From Chitinophaga pinensis (lineage in GTDB: Bacteria > Bacteroidota > Bacteroidia > 2-12-FULL-35-15), in assembly GCA_945885475.1 (NCBI GenBank), contig CAMCYR010000010.1, positions 10,536-74,535 of the forward strand: a stretch of DNA of 64,000 nt, written 5' to 3'. The notes beneath the pieces are model-generated. The model saw only the letters and a list, made by a program, of their open reading frames with translations. It did not search any database and was not told the DNA's origin. Made by a program: the position numbers and the translations under genes. This document shows positions 20,105-30,165 of this stretch, piece by piece. Position 1 is the stretch's first letter. Each line of letters starts with the position of its first letter.

Positions 20105-20509
20105 TTAGTTGGTAGCTTCTAGTTGTGGGTTCGTAGACGATTTGCGATTATCGCTGGGGTTCTTTAGGCTATTCAGAAGTCCGCTGTTTAGTTTAGCGAT
20201 CTCTACCAATAGTGTCCTTGATTTTTCATGCGTTTCATCATTAATATATTTTCTTCTATATGCTATTGCTGTGCATACAACACACTCACGTAATGAACGA
20301 TTAGATATTCTGAGGAAATTCATAAACTCTTTTTTTGTATCGCTGCTTCCTTCTCCAATATTCAATGAAATAGATACAGCAGCTCTCCTAAATTGATCTG
20401 TTAAAGAATAAATTTCTTGTTTTGGAAAACGCTCTCTTGTATCGTAAACGAAATCAACATAAATCAATGATTTTTGATAAGTAATAAGTTTCTCAAAATT
20501 AAATTGCAT
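20105..20509 (-). CDS. Four-helix-bundle protein (23S rRNA intervening-sequence protein family, TIGR02436)
   Basis: KLITYQKSLIYVDFVY...FRRAAVSISLNIGEGS...RISNRSLRE signature. Its stop is 1 nt from the DUF1015 start codon. Confidence 0.8.
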   Translation of the reverse strand: MQFNFEKLITYQKSLIYVDFVYDTRERFPKQEIYSLTDQFRRAAVSISLNIGEGSSDTKKEFMNFLRISNRSLRECVVCTAIAYRRKYINDETHEKSRTLLVEIAKLNSGLLNSLKNPSDNRKSSTNPQLEATN

Positions 20510-20595
20510 AATCTTTCTAATACTTTATAACATCTGTTAGACCTCAAACATAATAGTAAACGTCACCGAACTAGCAACTAAAAACTCCTGACTAA

Positions 20596-21516
20596 CTATT
20601 TATTTACTTGAAATTTTGTAACTCCATTCTTGAAAAAATCTACGATCTGATTTGCGGCTGCTAATCCTGCATTGATATTCGCTTCAGCCGTTTCTGCTCC
20701 TTGTTTTTTAGGAGTGCAATAATACCTATTTTCAAACTTAAGCAATTCCTCATGGTTGCCAGGCATAATATCGGAGATGTATTTAAAATCAGGACGATTT
20801 TCAAATACTTGTTTTAATTCCGCTTCGTTGATGACTTCTTTTCTTGCGGTATTAATTACGGTAGCGCCAATTGGCATTTTTGATAGCAATTCTAAATTGA
20901 TTGAGTTCTTTGTTTTCTCAGTTGCCGGAATGTTCAAGGAAATATAGTGGCAAGTGCTGTAAAGTTCTTCAACAGAGTCTACACCTTTGATACCGTCCTT
21001 TTCAATAACTTCTCTCGCAACAAAAGGGTCAAATGCATACACATCCATATCAAATCCTTTTGCAATACGTGCTACATTTTTTCCAACGTTACCATATGCA
21101 TGAATTCCTATTTTCTTTCCTTTTAATTCTGTTCCAGATCCACCTTTAAAATTCCCTCTTGCCATAAAAACGAGCATCCCGAATGTTAACTCGGCCACAG
21201 CGTTTGAATTTTGTCCGGGTGTATTCATTGCCACAATTCCTTTTTCAGTAGCTGCAGCTAAGTCAATATTGTCGTATCCCGCGCCAGCACGCACGATAAG
21301 TTTTAGCTTTTTACCGGCTTCAATTACTTCTTTTGTTGCTTTATCACTTCTGATGATCATTGCATCCACATCGGCAACAGCTTTAATGAGATCATCAGCA
21401 TTCGTATAATTTTCTAACAGGCTGATTTCATAACCAGCTTCTGAAATTATGTTCTTTATTCCTTCAACAGCTGTTTTCGCAAAAGCCTTTTCTGTGGCAA
21501 CTAATATTTTAGTCAT
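20596..21516 (-). CDS. D-isomer-specific 2-hydroxyacid dehydrogenase (D-3-phosphoglycerate dehydrogenase-like)
   Basis: NAD-binding GxGxxG (GIHAYGNVGKNVA), catalytic R/E/H region, 306 aa. Confidence 0.8.
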   Translation of the reverse strand: MTKILVATEKAFAKTAVEGIKNIISEAGYEISLLENYTNADDLIKAVADVDAMIIRSDKATKEVIEAGKKLKLIVRAGAGYDNIDLAAATEKGIVAMNTPGQNSNAVAELTFGMLVFMARGNFKGGSGTELKGKKIGIHAYGNVGKNVARIAKGFDMDVYAFDPFVAREVIEKDGIKGVDSVEELYSTCHYISLNIPATEKTKNSINLELLSKMPIGATVINTARKEVINEAELKQVFENRPDFKYISDIMPGNHEELLKFENRYYCTPKKQGAETAEANINAGLAAANQIVDFFKNGVTKFQVNK

Positions 21517-21824
21517 AATTGGATGTTTAATTCAGTGTAAAAATAAGTTTTTATCGTTGTAAGTGCAAAACAATTCACATTTGCAGTATTCGATAGGATA
21601 ACGTGGGTTTAACCAAATAGAGTCATAGATTTTTTTGCATATGAATAAGGCATTTCTATTAAAAGATCATTTATTTTCTTTAACATTTCTGAATCTTTTT
21701 CGGATGGCTAGATAGTACAGAGGCAAGCTTCTGTTCTAGAGATTTCTCTGTCAAAAAAGTATTTTTCTATGAATTAACACACCTAACCATTCCTTTTTTC
21801 TATGTGTCTATGTAGTTAGATTTT

Positions 21825-23219
21825 TTATTTACGAAGCGCAATGTGAAATTTTAAGTTGTAGCCCAAACGCAATTCTTTGTTTGTAAAATGACTTGTATCG
21901 CTTGCTATCTCGGTTGAATATAGCATTCCTGAAGGTGGCAAGGGATCCAGAAAAATGAGTGTGTCTTTTGTGATCTGTTCATTTAATTCTTTTATTGTCA
22001 TGATCCGTTCATCATTTGCCCGAGCGTATGTTGATGCAATTGAATAGTGATTGATCAGATGAAAGATCAATGTGCAGAATCCTAAAACCAGACTTACATT
22101 TTTAATGATCCTTAGCTGTTTTATAGTTAACAAGCCTTTATAACCTGCATAGAAAAAAATAAGACTGCAATAAATGGAAAGTAAAAAGGAAACCAGGAAC
22201 CAGATTCTTGGCGGACCGGTTTCAACCATTACATAAGCAACCAGCAAAAAAAAGATAAATAATACCGAAACGAAGGCAAAGCTCAGCTGCTTGAAAATAG
22301 ATTTGAAAGAAGTATCGAATAGTTTGTTTTGCTTTTCTTTGAAGGTGTTCCCGAGCAGGAGAAAGGGAACAGTAAAAATTAGGATGTAGTGTAATTTCAA
22401 AGGCAGATAAAACACTCCGAATTTCACAAAGGATTTTGCTGTGATAAAAAAGGAATACCAAAACTGATGCTCAGGGAATAAGCCATCACGAAGATAATTA
22501 CCCGGTGCAACCAAAAAGATCAGAAAGGAAATTGCAAATGGAATTAAAATTATCAAAAGGCGTTTGTGGTATGCTGCAGCAAAAAGAACAGTAAGGCTAG
22601 TTAACTTTTTGTACTGATAAAATAAATAGCTTATCATCAGTAGGCCGTAAATCACTGAATATACTTCAGACGAACCGCCAATATAGATAAAACATAAGAT
22701 GGAGGCGAAGAGTGATCGCTTTGACTTTTTTGTATTCAGCAAAAATGCAATGCCCCATATAAATGCAATGATGCTCCATAAATAGGAACTCATACCACAA
22801 AACCAAAACCATGATTCACCAATATCTATACTGAGAAAAAACAGTAATGCCGAGAAGGAGGCGGCAGCGAGTACAGTTTGGTATTTCGTTAAAGCCAAAT
22901 TGATAATGCTGCATGTTTTTTGAAGTAAAGTATAAAGCCCGGAAAAAAGTAAAAGTGCCGACAGAAAAGGAAAAAAAGAATAGTAGGTGTGTTCAACATC
23001 AAACCATTTATAAAAAATATCCATAAAAAAAGTAGCAGCAAATCGTCCGCACCATTCTAAGTACTGAGAAGTAACACCCTTGATGATCCCGTGATTTCTG
23101 ACATCCCAAATAAAGTAATAATCATCGGTTGCCAGGCGATTGAAATAGCAAAGCATGAGGAGCAAGCAAACAAAAAGGGCAAGAATAGAGGAGAGGAGAA
23201 CCGTATAGCTTTTACTCAT
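21825..23219 (-). CDS. Polytopic integral membrane protein of unknown function (possibly a GT-C-like glycosyltransferase)
   Basis: About 12 predicted TM helices. An N-terminal ATDDYYF acidic loop is reminiscent of GT-C enzymes. No firm family assignment. Confidence 0.5.
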   Translation of the reverse strand: MSKSYTVLLSSILALFVCLLLMLCYFNRLATDDYYFIWDVRNHGIIKGVTSQYLEWCGRFAATFFMDIFYKWFDVEHTYYSFFPFLSALLLFSGLYTLLQKTCSIINLALTKYQTVLAAASFSALLFFLSIDIGESWFWFCGMSSYLWSIIAFIWGIAFLLNTKKSKRSLFASILCFIYIGGSSEVYSVIYGLLMISYLFYQYKKLTSLTVLFAAAYHKRLLIILIPFAISFLIFLVAPGNYLRDGLFPEHQFWYSFFITAKSFVKFGVFYLPLKLHYILIFTVPFLLLGNTFKEKQNKLFDTSFKSIFKQLSFAFVSVLFIFFLLVAYVMVETGPPRIWFLVSFLLSIYCSLIFFYAGYKGLLTIKQLRIIKNVSLVLGFCTLIFHLINHYSIASTYARANDERIMTIKELNEQITKDTLIFLDPLPPSGMLYSTEIASDTSHFTNKELRLGYNLKFHIALRK

Positions 23220-23234
23220 GAAGTAAAAATAAAC

Positions 23235-23268
23235 AAAAAAGGTCTCACATTTCTGTGAAACCTTTTTT
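23235..23268 (-). terminator. Intrinsic terminator candidate after rplT
   Basis: ggtctcaca-tttc-tgtgaaacc stem with one mismatch, flanked by an A6 run and a T6 run. Confidence 0.55.
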
Positions 23269-23289
23269 GTCGTAGCATAAATATTTATT

Positions 23290-23634
23290 CTATTTTACTG
23301 ATTCAACCACAGCTTTAAAAGCTTCCGGGTTGTTCATTGCTAAATCAGCAAGAACTTTTCTGTTTAAATCAATGTTTTTAGCGTGTACTTTACCCATAAA
23401 AACTGAGTAAGACATTCCGTAAGGACGAACACCAGCGTTGATACGTTGGATCCAGATTGCACGGAAATTACGTTTCTTTTGTTTTCTATCGCGGTAAGCG
23501 TAAGTTAAACCTTTTTCTAAAACGTTTTTAGCAATTGTAAGAACATTTTTTCTTGCTCCCCAATACCCTTTTGTTTGTTTTAATACTTTTTTTCTTCTGG
23601 CTCTTGAAGCCACCGAGTTAACCGATCTAGGCAT
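23290..23634 (-). CDS. rplT: 50S ribosomal protein L20
   Basis: [29 protein letters not shown]... is canonical bL20. Confidence 0.97.
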   Translation of the reverse strand: MPRSVNSVASRARRKKVLKQTKGYWGARKNVLTIAKNVLEKGLTYAYRDRKQKKRNFRAIWIQRINAGVRPYGMSYSVFMGKVHAKNIDLNRKVLADLAMNNPEAFKAVVESVK

Positions 23635-23807
23635 GTTGTTTTGTTTTTTGGCTACAGCGTTCTTCTTAAAGAAACTTTGTGCTGATTACCTGGTTTATTA
23701 CTAATTGAACTGTGTTTTAAATTCTAAACTCTTAAAGGAATCTTGTGGAAAATGATTTTATTAGTAAAAATATCAAATCTAAAGTCTAATATCTCACGTC
23801 TAAATAT

Positions 23808-24008
23808 CTACTTACCGATCGTTAACATTGCTTTTACGCGAGGCAAATCTGTAACATCTACTATTGTTGTACCAGTTAAAGCACGTTTGGACTTAGTAGT
23901 TTTTTTTGTCAAGATGTGACTTTTAAATGCATGTTTTCTTTTCACTTTTCCTGTTCCAGTCAACGAAAATCTTTTTTTCGCTCCGGAATGCGTTTTCATT
24001 TTAGGCAT
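23808..24008 (-). CDS. rpmI: 50S ribosomal protein L35
   Basis: [14 protein letters not shown]... is canonical bL35. Confidence 0.95.
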   Translation of the reverse strand: MPKMKTHSGAKKRFSLTGTGKVKRKHAFKSHILTKKTTKSKRALTGTTIVDVTDLPRVKAMLTIGK

Positions 24009-24060
24009 CTTACTGAATTATTGATTAAAAATTAAAAATTAAAAAAATTGCAAAAATTGT

Positions 24061-24651
24061 TTATTTCTTTTTCGGTGCAATCACCATGATCATTTTCTTT
24101 CCTTCTAAAACCGGCATCTGTTCAGGTTTTCCGTATTCTTCTAGTTCATTCACAAAGCGCAATAATAATATTTCACCGTGCTCTTTAAATAAAATCGAAC
24201 GGCCTTTGAAAAATACAAATGCTTTTACTTTAGAACCTTCTTGCAAAAACTTAATAGCATGATTTTTCTTGAAATTAAAATCGTGCTCATCTGTTTGCGG
24301 ACCAAAACGAATTTCTTTAATAACCGTTTTTTGCGCTTTAGCCTTTAGTTCTTTTTGTTTCTTTTTCTGATCGTATAAAAACTTCTTATAATCAACTACT
24401 TTACAAACAGGTGGAACAGCATTTGGTGAAATCTCAACCAAATCTAAACCCGCTTCCTTAGCAATTTCCAAAGCTCTATTGATCGGATAAACCCCCGGTT
24501 CAACGCCTTCAAAAACTACACGAACTTCCTTTGCTCTGATCCGTTCATTGATCGCATGAAGTTCTTCTCTTCTTCTTTGTCCACCTCTTCCAAAACGTCT
24601 ATCAACGTTTGCAGCAGGAGCTGCTCCTGTTGCTGAAGTTCCCGGCTTCAC
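24061..24651 (-). CDS. infC: Translation initiation factor IF-3. The true start is probably the AUA at 24714 rather than the GTG at 24651
   Basis: IF-3 N-terminal and C-terminal domains ([13 protein letters not shown]..., [16 protein letters not shown]...). AGGAGGA lies at 24722-24728, 7 nt upstream of an in-frame ATA. A TAG stop immediately precedes the frame. Confidence 0.9.
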   Translation of the reverse strand: MKPGTSATGAAPAANVDRRFGRGGQRRREELHAINERIRAKEVRVVFEGVEPGVYPINRALEIAKEAGLDLVEISPNAVPPVCKVVDYKKFLYDQKKKQKELKAKAQKTVIKEIRFGPQTDEHDFNFKKNHAIKFLQEGSKVKAFVFFKGRSILFKEHGEILLLRFVNELEEYGKPEQMPVLEGKKMIMVIAPKKK

Positions 24652-24743
24652 AAATTTTCCCGGTGCAGGCTTATTAAATTTATTGCCTGAATTGCTGTTA
24701 AATGGAGCTGCTATATCTTGTTCCTCCTAATTTTGTTAATACT

Positions 24744-26681
24744 TTATTTATTAAATCTGTTCTCAATTTCTGTGTTGATGATCTTTGCAAACGCTTCCAA
24801 AGCAAAACTACCCAAATCTCCTTCACCTTGCTTACGCACCGACACTGTATTTTCTGCTTCTTCTTTTTCGCCAACAATCAACATATACGGCACTTTTTGC
24901 AATTCCGTATCTCGTATTTTCTTCCCTATTTTTTCATTTCTGTCGTCTACGAGGCCGCGAATATCGTAATTTTTTAACAATTCTAAAACTTTTTTTGCGT
25001 AATCGTTGTATTTTTCGCTAATCGGCAATACCGCAATCTGATCCGGAGTCAGCCAAAGTGGAAATTTTCCTGCGCAATGCTCTATCAAAACAGCGATAAA
25101 TCGCTCTAAAGACCCAAAAGGAGCACGGTGAATCATTACCGGTCGGTGCTTTTGGTTGTCGCTCCCTGTATACTCTAGTTCGAAGCGCTCAGGAAGGTTA
25201 TAATCGACCTGAATGGTTCCTAATTGCCATTTTCTTCCAATCGCATCTTTTACCATGAAATCAAGCTTAGGGCCATAAAAAGCGGCTTCGCCTAATTCAA
25301 CAACTGTTTTTAAACCTTTTTCAGCTGCCGATTCAATAATCGCACTTTCCGCCAAGGCCCAATTTTCATCGGATCCGATATATTTTGTTTTGTTTTCAGG
25401 GTCACGCAAAGATATTTGCGCTGTAAAATCCTTAAAATCCAATGCATTGAATACATAAAGTACAAGGTCAATTACTTTGCAGAACTCTTCTTTCACTTGA
25501 TCAGGACGGCAAAATAAGTGGGCATCATCTTGTGTAAATCCTCGTACGCGCGTTAATCCGTGTAATTCGCCTGCTTGTTCATATCTGTATACCGTTCCGA
25601 ACTCAGCAAACCGAATTGGTAAATCTTTATATGAACGTGGTGATGTTTTGTAAATCTCGCAGTGATGCGGACAGTTCATCGGTTTTAAGAAAAACTCTTC
25701 TCCTTCATGTGGAGTACGGATCGGCTGAAAAGAGTCAGCACCGTATTTTTCATAATGACCGGATGTGATGTATAGATTTTTATTTCCGATATGCGGGGTA
25801 GCAACCGGTAAATAACCATTTTTTAATTGTTGTTTCTGTAAAAACTGGATCAGGCGTTCACGCAAAGCTGCTCCTTTAGGAAGCCACAAAGGTAAACCCA
25901 TTCCCACTTTTTCAGAAAAAGCGAAGAGTTCTAATTCTTTACCAAGCTTCCGGTGGTCACGCTTTTTTGCCTCCTCCAGCAATACTAAATAATCGGTAAG
26001 ATCTTTTTGTTTTGTGAATGTGATCGCGTAAACGCGGGTCAGCATTTTATTTTTTTCATCACCTCTCCAATACGCTCCGGCAACGTTCATCAACTTTACC
26101 GCTTTTACAAAACCGGTATTGGGAATGTGCGGTCCGCGGCAAAGATCAGTGAAATTACCTTGCTGGTAAAAGGTGATCTGACCATCTTCTAAACCTTCTA
26201 AAAGGTCTAATTTATATTCATCATCTTTCTCTTTGAAATACGTTATTGCATCCGCCTTAGATATTTCAGTCCGCCTGTATTCATTACCCAAACGGGCCAA
26301 TTCAAGCATTTTGTCTTCGATTTTTTTGAAGTCATCCTGAGAAATTGTTTTTCCACCCAGATCAATATCGTAATAAAATCCGTTATCAATCGGAGGTCCG
26401 ATTCCGAATTTTGTTCCAGGATAAATCGATTCCAACGCTTCCGCCATCAAATGCGCTGACGAATGCCAGAGCGTTGATTTTCCTTCAGCATCGTTCATGG
26501 TTAGTAATACTAATTTCGCATCCATATTAATAGCGCGGGTTGCATCCCATACTTCGCCATTCACTTTTGCTGCTAATACATTTCTCGCTAAGCCTTCGGA
26601 GATTGATAGCGCTACTTGAAGCGCTGTTGTTCCTTTTGCGTATTCACGCACAGAACCATCGGGTAGAGTTATTTTAATCAT
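24744..26681 (-). CDS. thrS: Threonine--tRNA ligase
   Basis: N-terminal TGS domain, class II aaRS motifs, and a zinc site near [27 protein letters not shown]. Confidence 0.97.
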   Translation of the reverse strand: MIKITLPDGSVREYAKGTTALQVALSISEGLARNVLAAKVNGEVWDATRAINMDAKLVLLTMNDAEGKSTLWHSSAHLMAEALESIYPGTKFGIGPPIDNGFYYDIDLGGKTISQDDFKKIEDKMLELARLGNEYRRTEISKADAITYFKEKDDEYKLDLLEGLEDGQITFYQQGNFTDLCRGPHIPNTGFVKAVKLMNVAGAYWRGDEKNKMLTRVYAITFTKQKDLTDYLVLLEEAKKRDHRKLGKELELFAFSEKVGMGLPLWLPKGAALRERLIQFLQKQQLKNGYLPVATPHIGNKNLYITSGHYEKYGADSFQPIRTPHEGEEFFLKPMNCPHHCEIYKTSPRSYKDLPIRFAEFGTVYRYEQAGELHGLTRVRGFTQDDAHLFCRPDQVKEEFCKVIDLVLYVFNALDFKDFTAQISLRDPENKTKYIGSDENWALAESAIIESAAEKGLKTVVELGEAAFYGPKLDFMVKDAIGRKWQLGTIQVDYNLPERFELEYTGSDNQKHRPVMIHRAPFGSLERFIAVLIEHCAGKFPLWLTPDQIAVLPISEKYNDYAKKVLELLKNYDIRGLVDDRNEKIGKKIRDTELQKVPYMLIVGEKEEAENTVSVRKQGEGDLGSFALEAFAKIINTEIENRFNK

Positions 26682-26873
26682 TTTTTAGTGTTTGCCAAAC
26701 ATCCAAACAAACGGACGCAGGAATTAATAAGGACGCAAAGATAATTGATTATGTGAATGAAATATTAAAAATTTCAAATTTCAGATTTCAGATTGAGATT
26801 AGACTTGTATTTGTCAGCATTTATTTTGATACGAATCATCAATTCGAGGTAAATTTAAGCAGATGCAAACAAA

Positions 26874-27362
26874 TTAGTCTGCCAATTCTTCTTTGCCTGC
26901 ATAGCCAATCAGAAGAACAACACATCCCTTTTTCACTTTTCCATCGATACTTTTTGGTATTTCATATTCAATGAAATAATTACCGGGTTTTGTTGGCTGG
27001 AACGACCAGAAATTATTGTCGACTCCTCGATCATTGTCGTAAAGCTTGTTTCTGCCTTTTTTTACACGGTTGCTTTTATCGTAAATATTCATTTTTACCG
27101 GCTCTTCAAAGCCCGAGGAACAAAAGATCAGACGGTACTTCATGCCATTGAAAGCAGTGAACATCACTTCTTTTTTTTTCTCTTTATCGTCAAAGGTGAA
27201 TTCAGTAACAACATATGCATCATACTTATATGGTTTTGGCACGTTTGGTTTGCAGCTTTTCGTTATCTGCTTTGCTTTGCATTGCCCAAAAGAATTATGG
27301 TTAGTACACAATAGTGCACTAACCATAATAAGTATAGTAAATATAAATTTACTTTTATTCAT
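26874..27362 (-). CDS. Hypothetical small secreted protein (paralog A of a tandem pair)
   Basis: Signal peptide. Shares KYRLIF, NIYDK and GC...GYAGK motifs and cysteine spacing with the adjacent ORF. Confidence 0.6.
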   Translation of the reverse strand: MNKSKFIFTILIMVSALLCTNHNSFGQCKAKQITKSCKPNVPKPYKYDAYVVTEFTFDDKEKKKEVMFTAFNGMKYRLIFCSSGFEEPVKMNIYDKSNRVKKGRNKLYDNDRGVDNNFWSFQPTKPGNYFIEYEIPKSIDGKVKKGCVVLLIGYAGKEELAD

Positions 27363-27368
27363 ATTTTT

Positions 27369-27830
27369 TTATTTATACCCAACCATAAAGATCATGCAGC
27401 CGGTAAGTTTTGCGTTTGTACTGTCAGCAGGAACATCATAGTCAACAAACATTTTGCGTGCACGAGGGGCATCAAATACAAATTCTTTTTCGTCAGCTTT
27501 AGCATCTTTTGTTGAGAAAATTGCTTCTCTCTTTTTAGCTTCTTTATCTTTTGTATAGATATTGATCTTTACATTTTTAGGAAGACCGGACGTGTTAAAA
27601 ACCAAACGGTATTTTTCACCAATAAAAATAGGCACTTCAACCTCTAATTGTTGCGCTTTTTTAGTGAAAATGATCTTTGTGAATTTTTGACTGTCGTATT
27701 TATACTGATCCAGTTTTTTCTTACAACTTGCTGTCATGGCTTTTTTATCACAACTATCGGTTGTTTGAATAGTGGTAAATCCAAAAAGGAATAATAAACC
27801 AACTAAACTTATAAAATATGCTTTTTTCAT
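27369..27830 (-). CDS. Hypothetical small secreted protein (paralog B)
   Basis: Signal peptide. Conserved KYRLVF, NIYTKDK and GCMIFMVGYK motifs matching 26874..27362. Confidence 0.6.
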   Translation of the reverse strand: MKKAYFISLVGLLFLFGFTTIQTTDSCDKKAMTASCKKKLDQYKYDSQKFTKIIFTKKAQQLEVEVPIFIGEKYRLVFNTSGLPKNVKINIYTKDKEAKKREAIFSTKDAKADEKEFVFDAPRARKMFVDYDVPADSTNAKLTGCMIFMVGYK

Positions 27831-27868
27831 AATATCAAATTTAATATTTTTTTTAGTACTTTAAAGAA

Positions 27869-28747
27869 TTAACCATTGATAAATTTAACACGCAACGCTT
27901 CAATTTTTTTAGTTAATTGACTCACTTCATCATCTGTCAGCGTCAATTCTTTTTCAAGATCGTCTGAAGCATCCGGATTGTTTTTTACGGAAGGTAATGC
28001 ATCATAAATATCTTTTACAGTAACCATATCAGCGATTAAACCTGTAATCGCAGGATCTTTTTTCTCTTCCGCTTTTAAAGCATTGATAATGATTCCTAAA
28101 ATGGTCATTTGTTCAGCCAATTTGTTGTTCAACGACTTGTCTTTCCCTTTTTCAAAAACCCTAGACGCGATGTACATACTTTCTATCCAAGCTCCTGAAA
28201 ACACAATTGACGTCACTTGTTGTTGATCGTTCTCATCCAAATACATATCTGTTACCATCTGCAATTCAGCAATAATGTATGCTAATGAATCCTCATTGGT
28301 TAGGTTTTTCTCGAAACGTTTTGATAAGTTCCCTTCATCAAACACAGAGCCCATTCCCAGGTTATCAGCTAACTGACGGCTTAATTTCATATAAGTCATT
28401 GCTTCCTGATTTTGTTTATTCAGAACGGCATATGACAAATCAGCACTATAAACTCCAAGGTTTATCGCTTTATTAAGGTTCGTTGTGTATTTTGCAGGAT
28501 CTTTCAATTCACTGGTGATTCCAGCTTTATATTTTAATCCTGATTTTTTAAAGATAGATGCAATTTGAAGCGGTGAAGGAAGTGAATACGTGATTTCTTC
28601 TGTTTCTGCCTCAGCTACAACTGAATCTTCTACCGGAGTAGTGATGCTTTCTTCTTTAGTATTATCGCTTCCGCAAGCTGCAATGATCATACTTGCTACA
28701 ATAAAGAATGCGCCTTTTAGTGCGAATGATTTTTTCTTTAAAAACAT
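27869..28747 (-). CDS. Hypothetical lipoprotein
   Basis: Lipobox IIAACGSD. Predicted helical. No recognisable family. Confidence 0.55.
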   Translation of the reverse strand: MFLKKKSFALKGAFFIVASMIIAACGSDNTKEESITTPVEDSVVAEAETEEITYSLPSPLQIASIFKKSGLKYKAGITSELKDPAKYTTNLNKAINLGVYSADLSYAVLNKQNQEAMTYMKLSRQLADNLGMGSVFDEGNLSKRFEKNLTNEDSLAYIIAELQMVTDMYLDENDQQQVTSIVFSGAWIESMYIASRVFEKGKDKSLNNKLAEQMTILGIIINALKAEEKKDPAITGLIADMVTVKDIYDALPSVKNNPDASDDLEKELTLTDDEVSQLTKKIEALRVKFING

Positions 28748-28855
28748 TTTTTTCTTTTAATTATGGGTTAATAACGTATTCATAAAATTTTATCAATGGC
28801 TAAACTACAAAAAAATATCATGCTGCAATATCTAAGTACGATAAAATCTTAGAGA

Positions 28856-30124
28856 CTATTTATTGAAATACGATTGTTTCTTGTTAATTATGCCGATTAC
28901 TTTTCCTGTGAATGTTGTCCCGATAAAGGGCGTATTTGATGATTTTGATTGTATGTGCTTCTTCTCGAAAAGCCACTCCTTACTGGGGTTAAAGAGCGTA
29001 AGGTTTGCTATTTCACCCTCCGCAATCTTCGGTTCTTTTAGTTTTAATATTTTCCTTGGATTAGCACTTAGGGTATTGATCACCGTCTCTAATTTAATTT
29101 TTCCTTTATTTGTATTGATCAATCCAAATGCGCTTTCCAATCCGATCATTCCGTTGCCGGCAAAATCGAATTCTACATCTTTCGATTCAATATCCTGCGG
29201 ACGGTGATCGCAGGTGATCACATCGATCGTTCCGTCTATAATACCTTTTTTTATTGCTTCAATATCTTCTTTCGTCCGCAAAGGTGGATTCAGTTTGTAA
29301 TTGCTGTCGAAGCCTGACAATTCTTTTTCATCCAGCGCGATGCTATAAGCGTTTACAGAAGCTGTAATTTTAAGTCCTTTTGCTTTTGCCTGCCGCACTA
29401 ATTCTACTGATTTATGAGTAGAAATGTTCGATATGTGCAGTGGAGCGTTAGTGTATTCTGCCAGAAAAATATTCCTATCTACCATCAATTCCTCCGCCAG
29501 TGCAGGTATTCCTTTCAATCCTAGCTTTGTGGAAACAACACCTTCGTTCATTTTTCCATCATTAGATATCGATTTATCATCACAATGAGTCATGATTAGT
29601 CCATCGAAATTTTGAGAATAGAGGAGGGCCCGCAGGAGAAGTCCTGAGTTGTTCACCGGTTTTTTGTCATCAGAAAAAGCCACTGCTCCAGCCAACTTCA
29701 TGTCATACATTTCAGAAATGTCTTGTCCTTCTTGTTTGTGCGATAATGTGCCTATCGGATAAACGTCTACGATCGAATCGGCCGTTTTATTTTTTATATA
29801 AAATACTTCTGCTTTTGAATGAATTGTTGGATATGTTGAAGAAACTAAGGCAACTCCTGTAAATCCTCCACTGGCTGCTGCTTTTATTCCGCTGTCAAGA
29901 TCTTCTTTGTGCTCAAAACCGGGATCACAAAAACTTACTTGCATATCCAGCCAGCCATTTGAAAGGTGGAGGTTCTCGGCCTCAATAATTTTTACATTTT
30001 TCTCAGGACTGATTCTCGTTTTAATGGATCTTATTGTTCCGTTTTCAATTAAAACATCCATCACTTTTCCGTTGTAAGCAGAGTTCGAGTCGATGATGTG
30101 AGCTTGTTTAATTAGTATATTCAT
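28856..30124 (-). CDS. pyrC: Dihydroorotase (cyclic amidohydrolase family)
   Basis: Amidohydrolase metal-binding His and Asp positions. MDVLIENGTI...LSNGWLDMQVSFCDPGFEHKEDL is typical of Bacteroidota DHOase. Confidence 0.75.
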   Translation of the reverse strand: MNILIKQAHIIDSNSAYNGKVMDVLIENGTIRSIKTRISPEKNVKIIEAENLHLSNGWLDMQVSFCDPGFEHKEDLDSGIKAAASGGFTGVALVSSTYPTIHSKAEVFYIKNKTADSIVDVYPIGTLSHKQEGQDISEMYDMKLAGAVAFSDDKKPVNNSGLLLRALLYSQNFDGLIMTHCDDKSISNDGKMNEGVVSTKLGLKGIPALAEELMVDRNIFLAEYTNAPLHISNISTHKSVELVRQAKAKGLKITASVNAYSIALDEKELSGFDSNYKLNPPLRTKEDIEAIKKGIIDGTIDVITCDHRPQDIESKDVEFDFAGNGMIGLESAFGLINTNKGKIKLETVINTLSANPRKILKLKEPKIAEGEIANLTLFNPSKEWLFEKKHIQSKSSNTPFIGTTFTGKVIGIINKKQSYFNK

Positions 30125-30165
30125 CTTTTAAGATAGATTTTTTTGTACTCAATTTTTTTCGAAAC

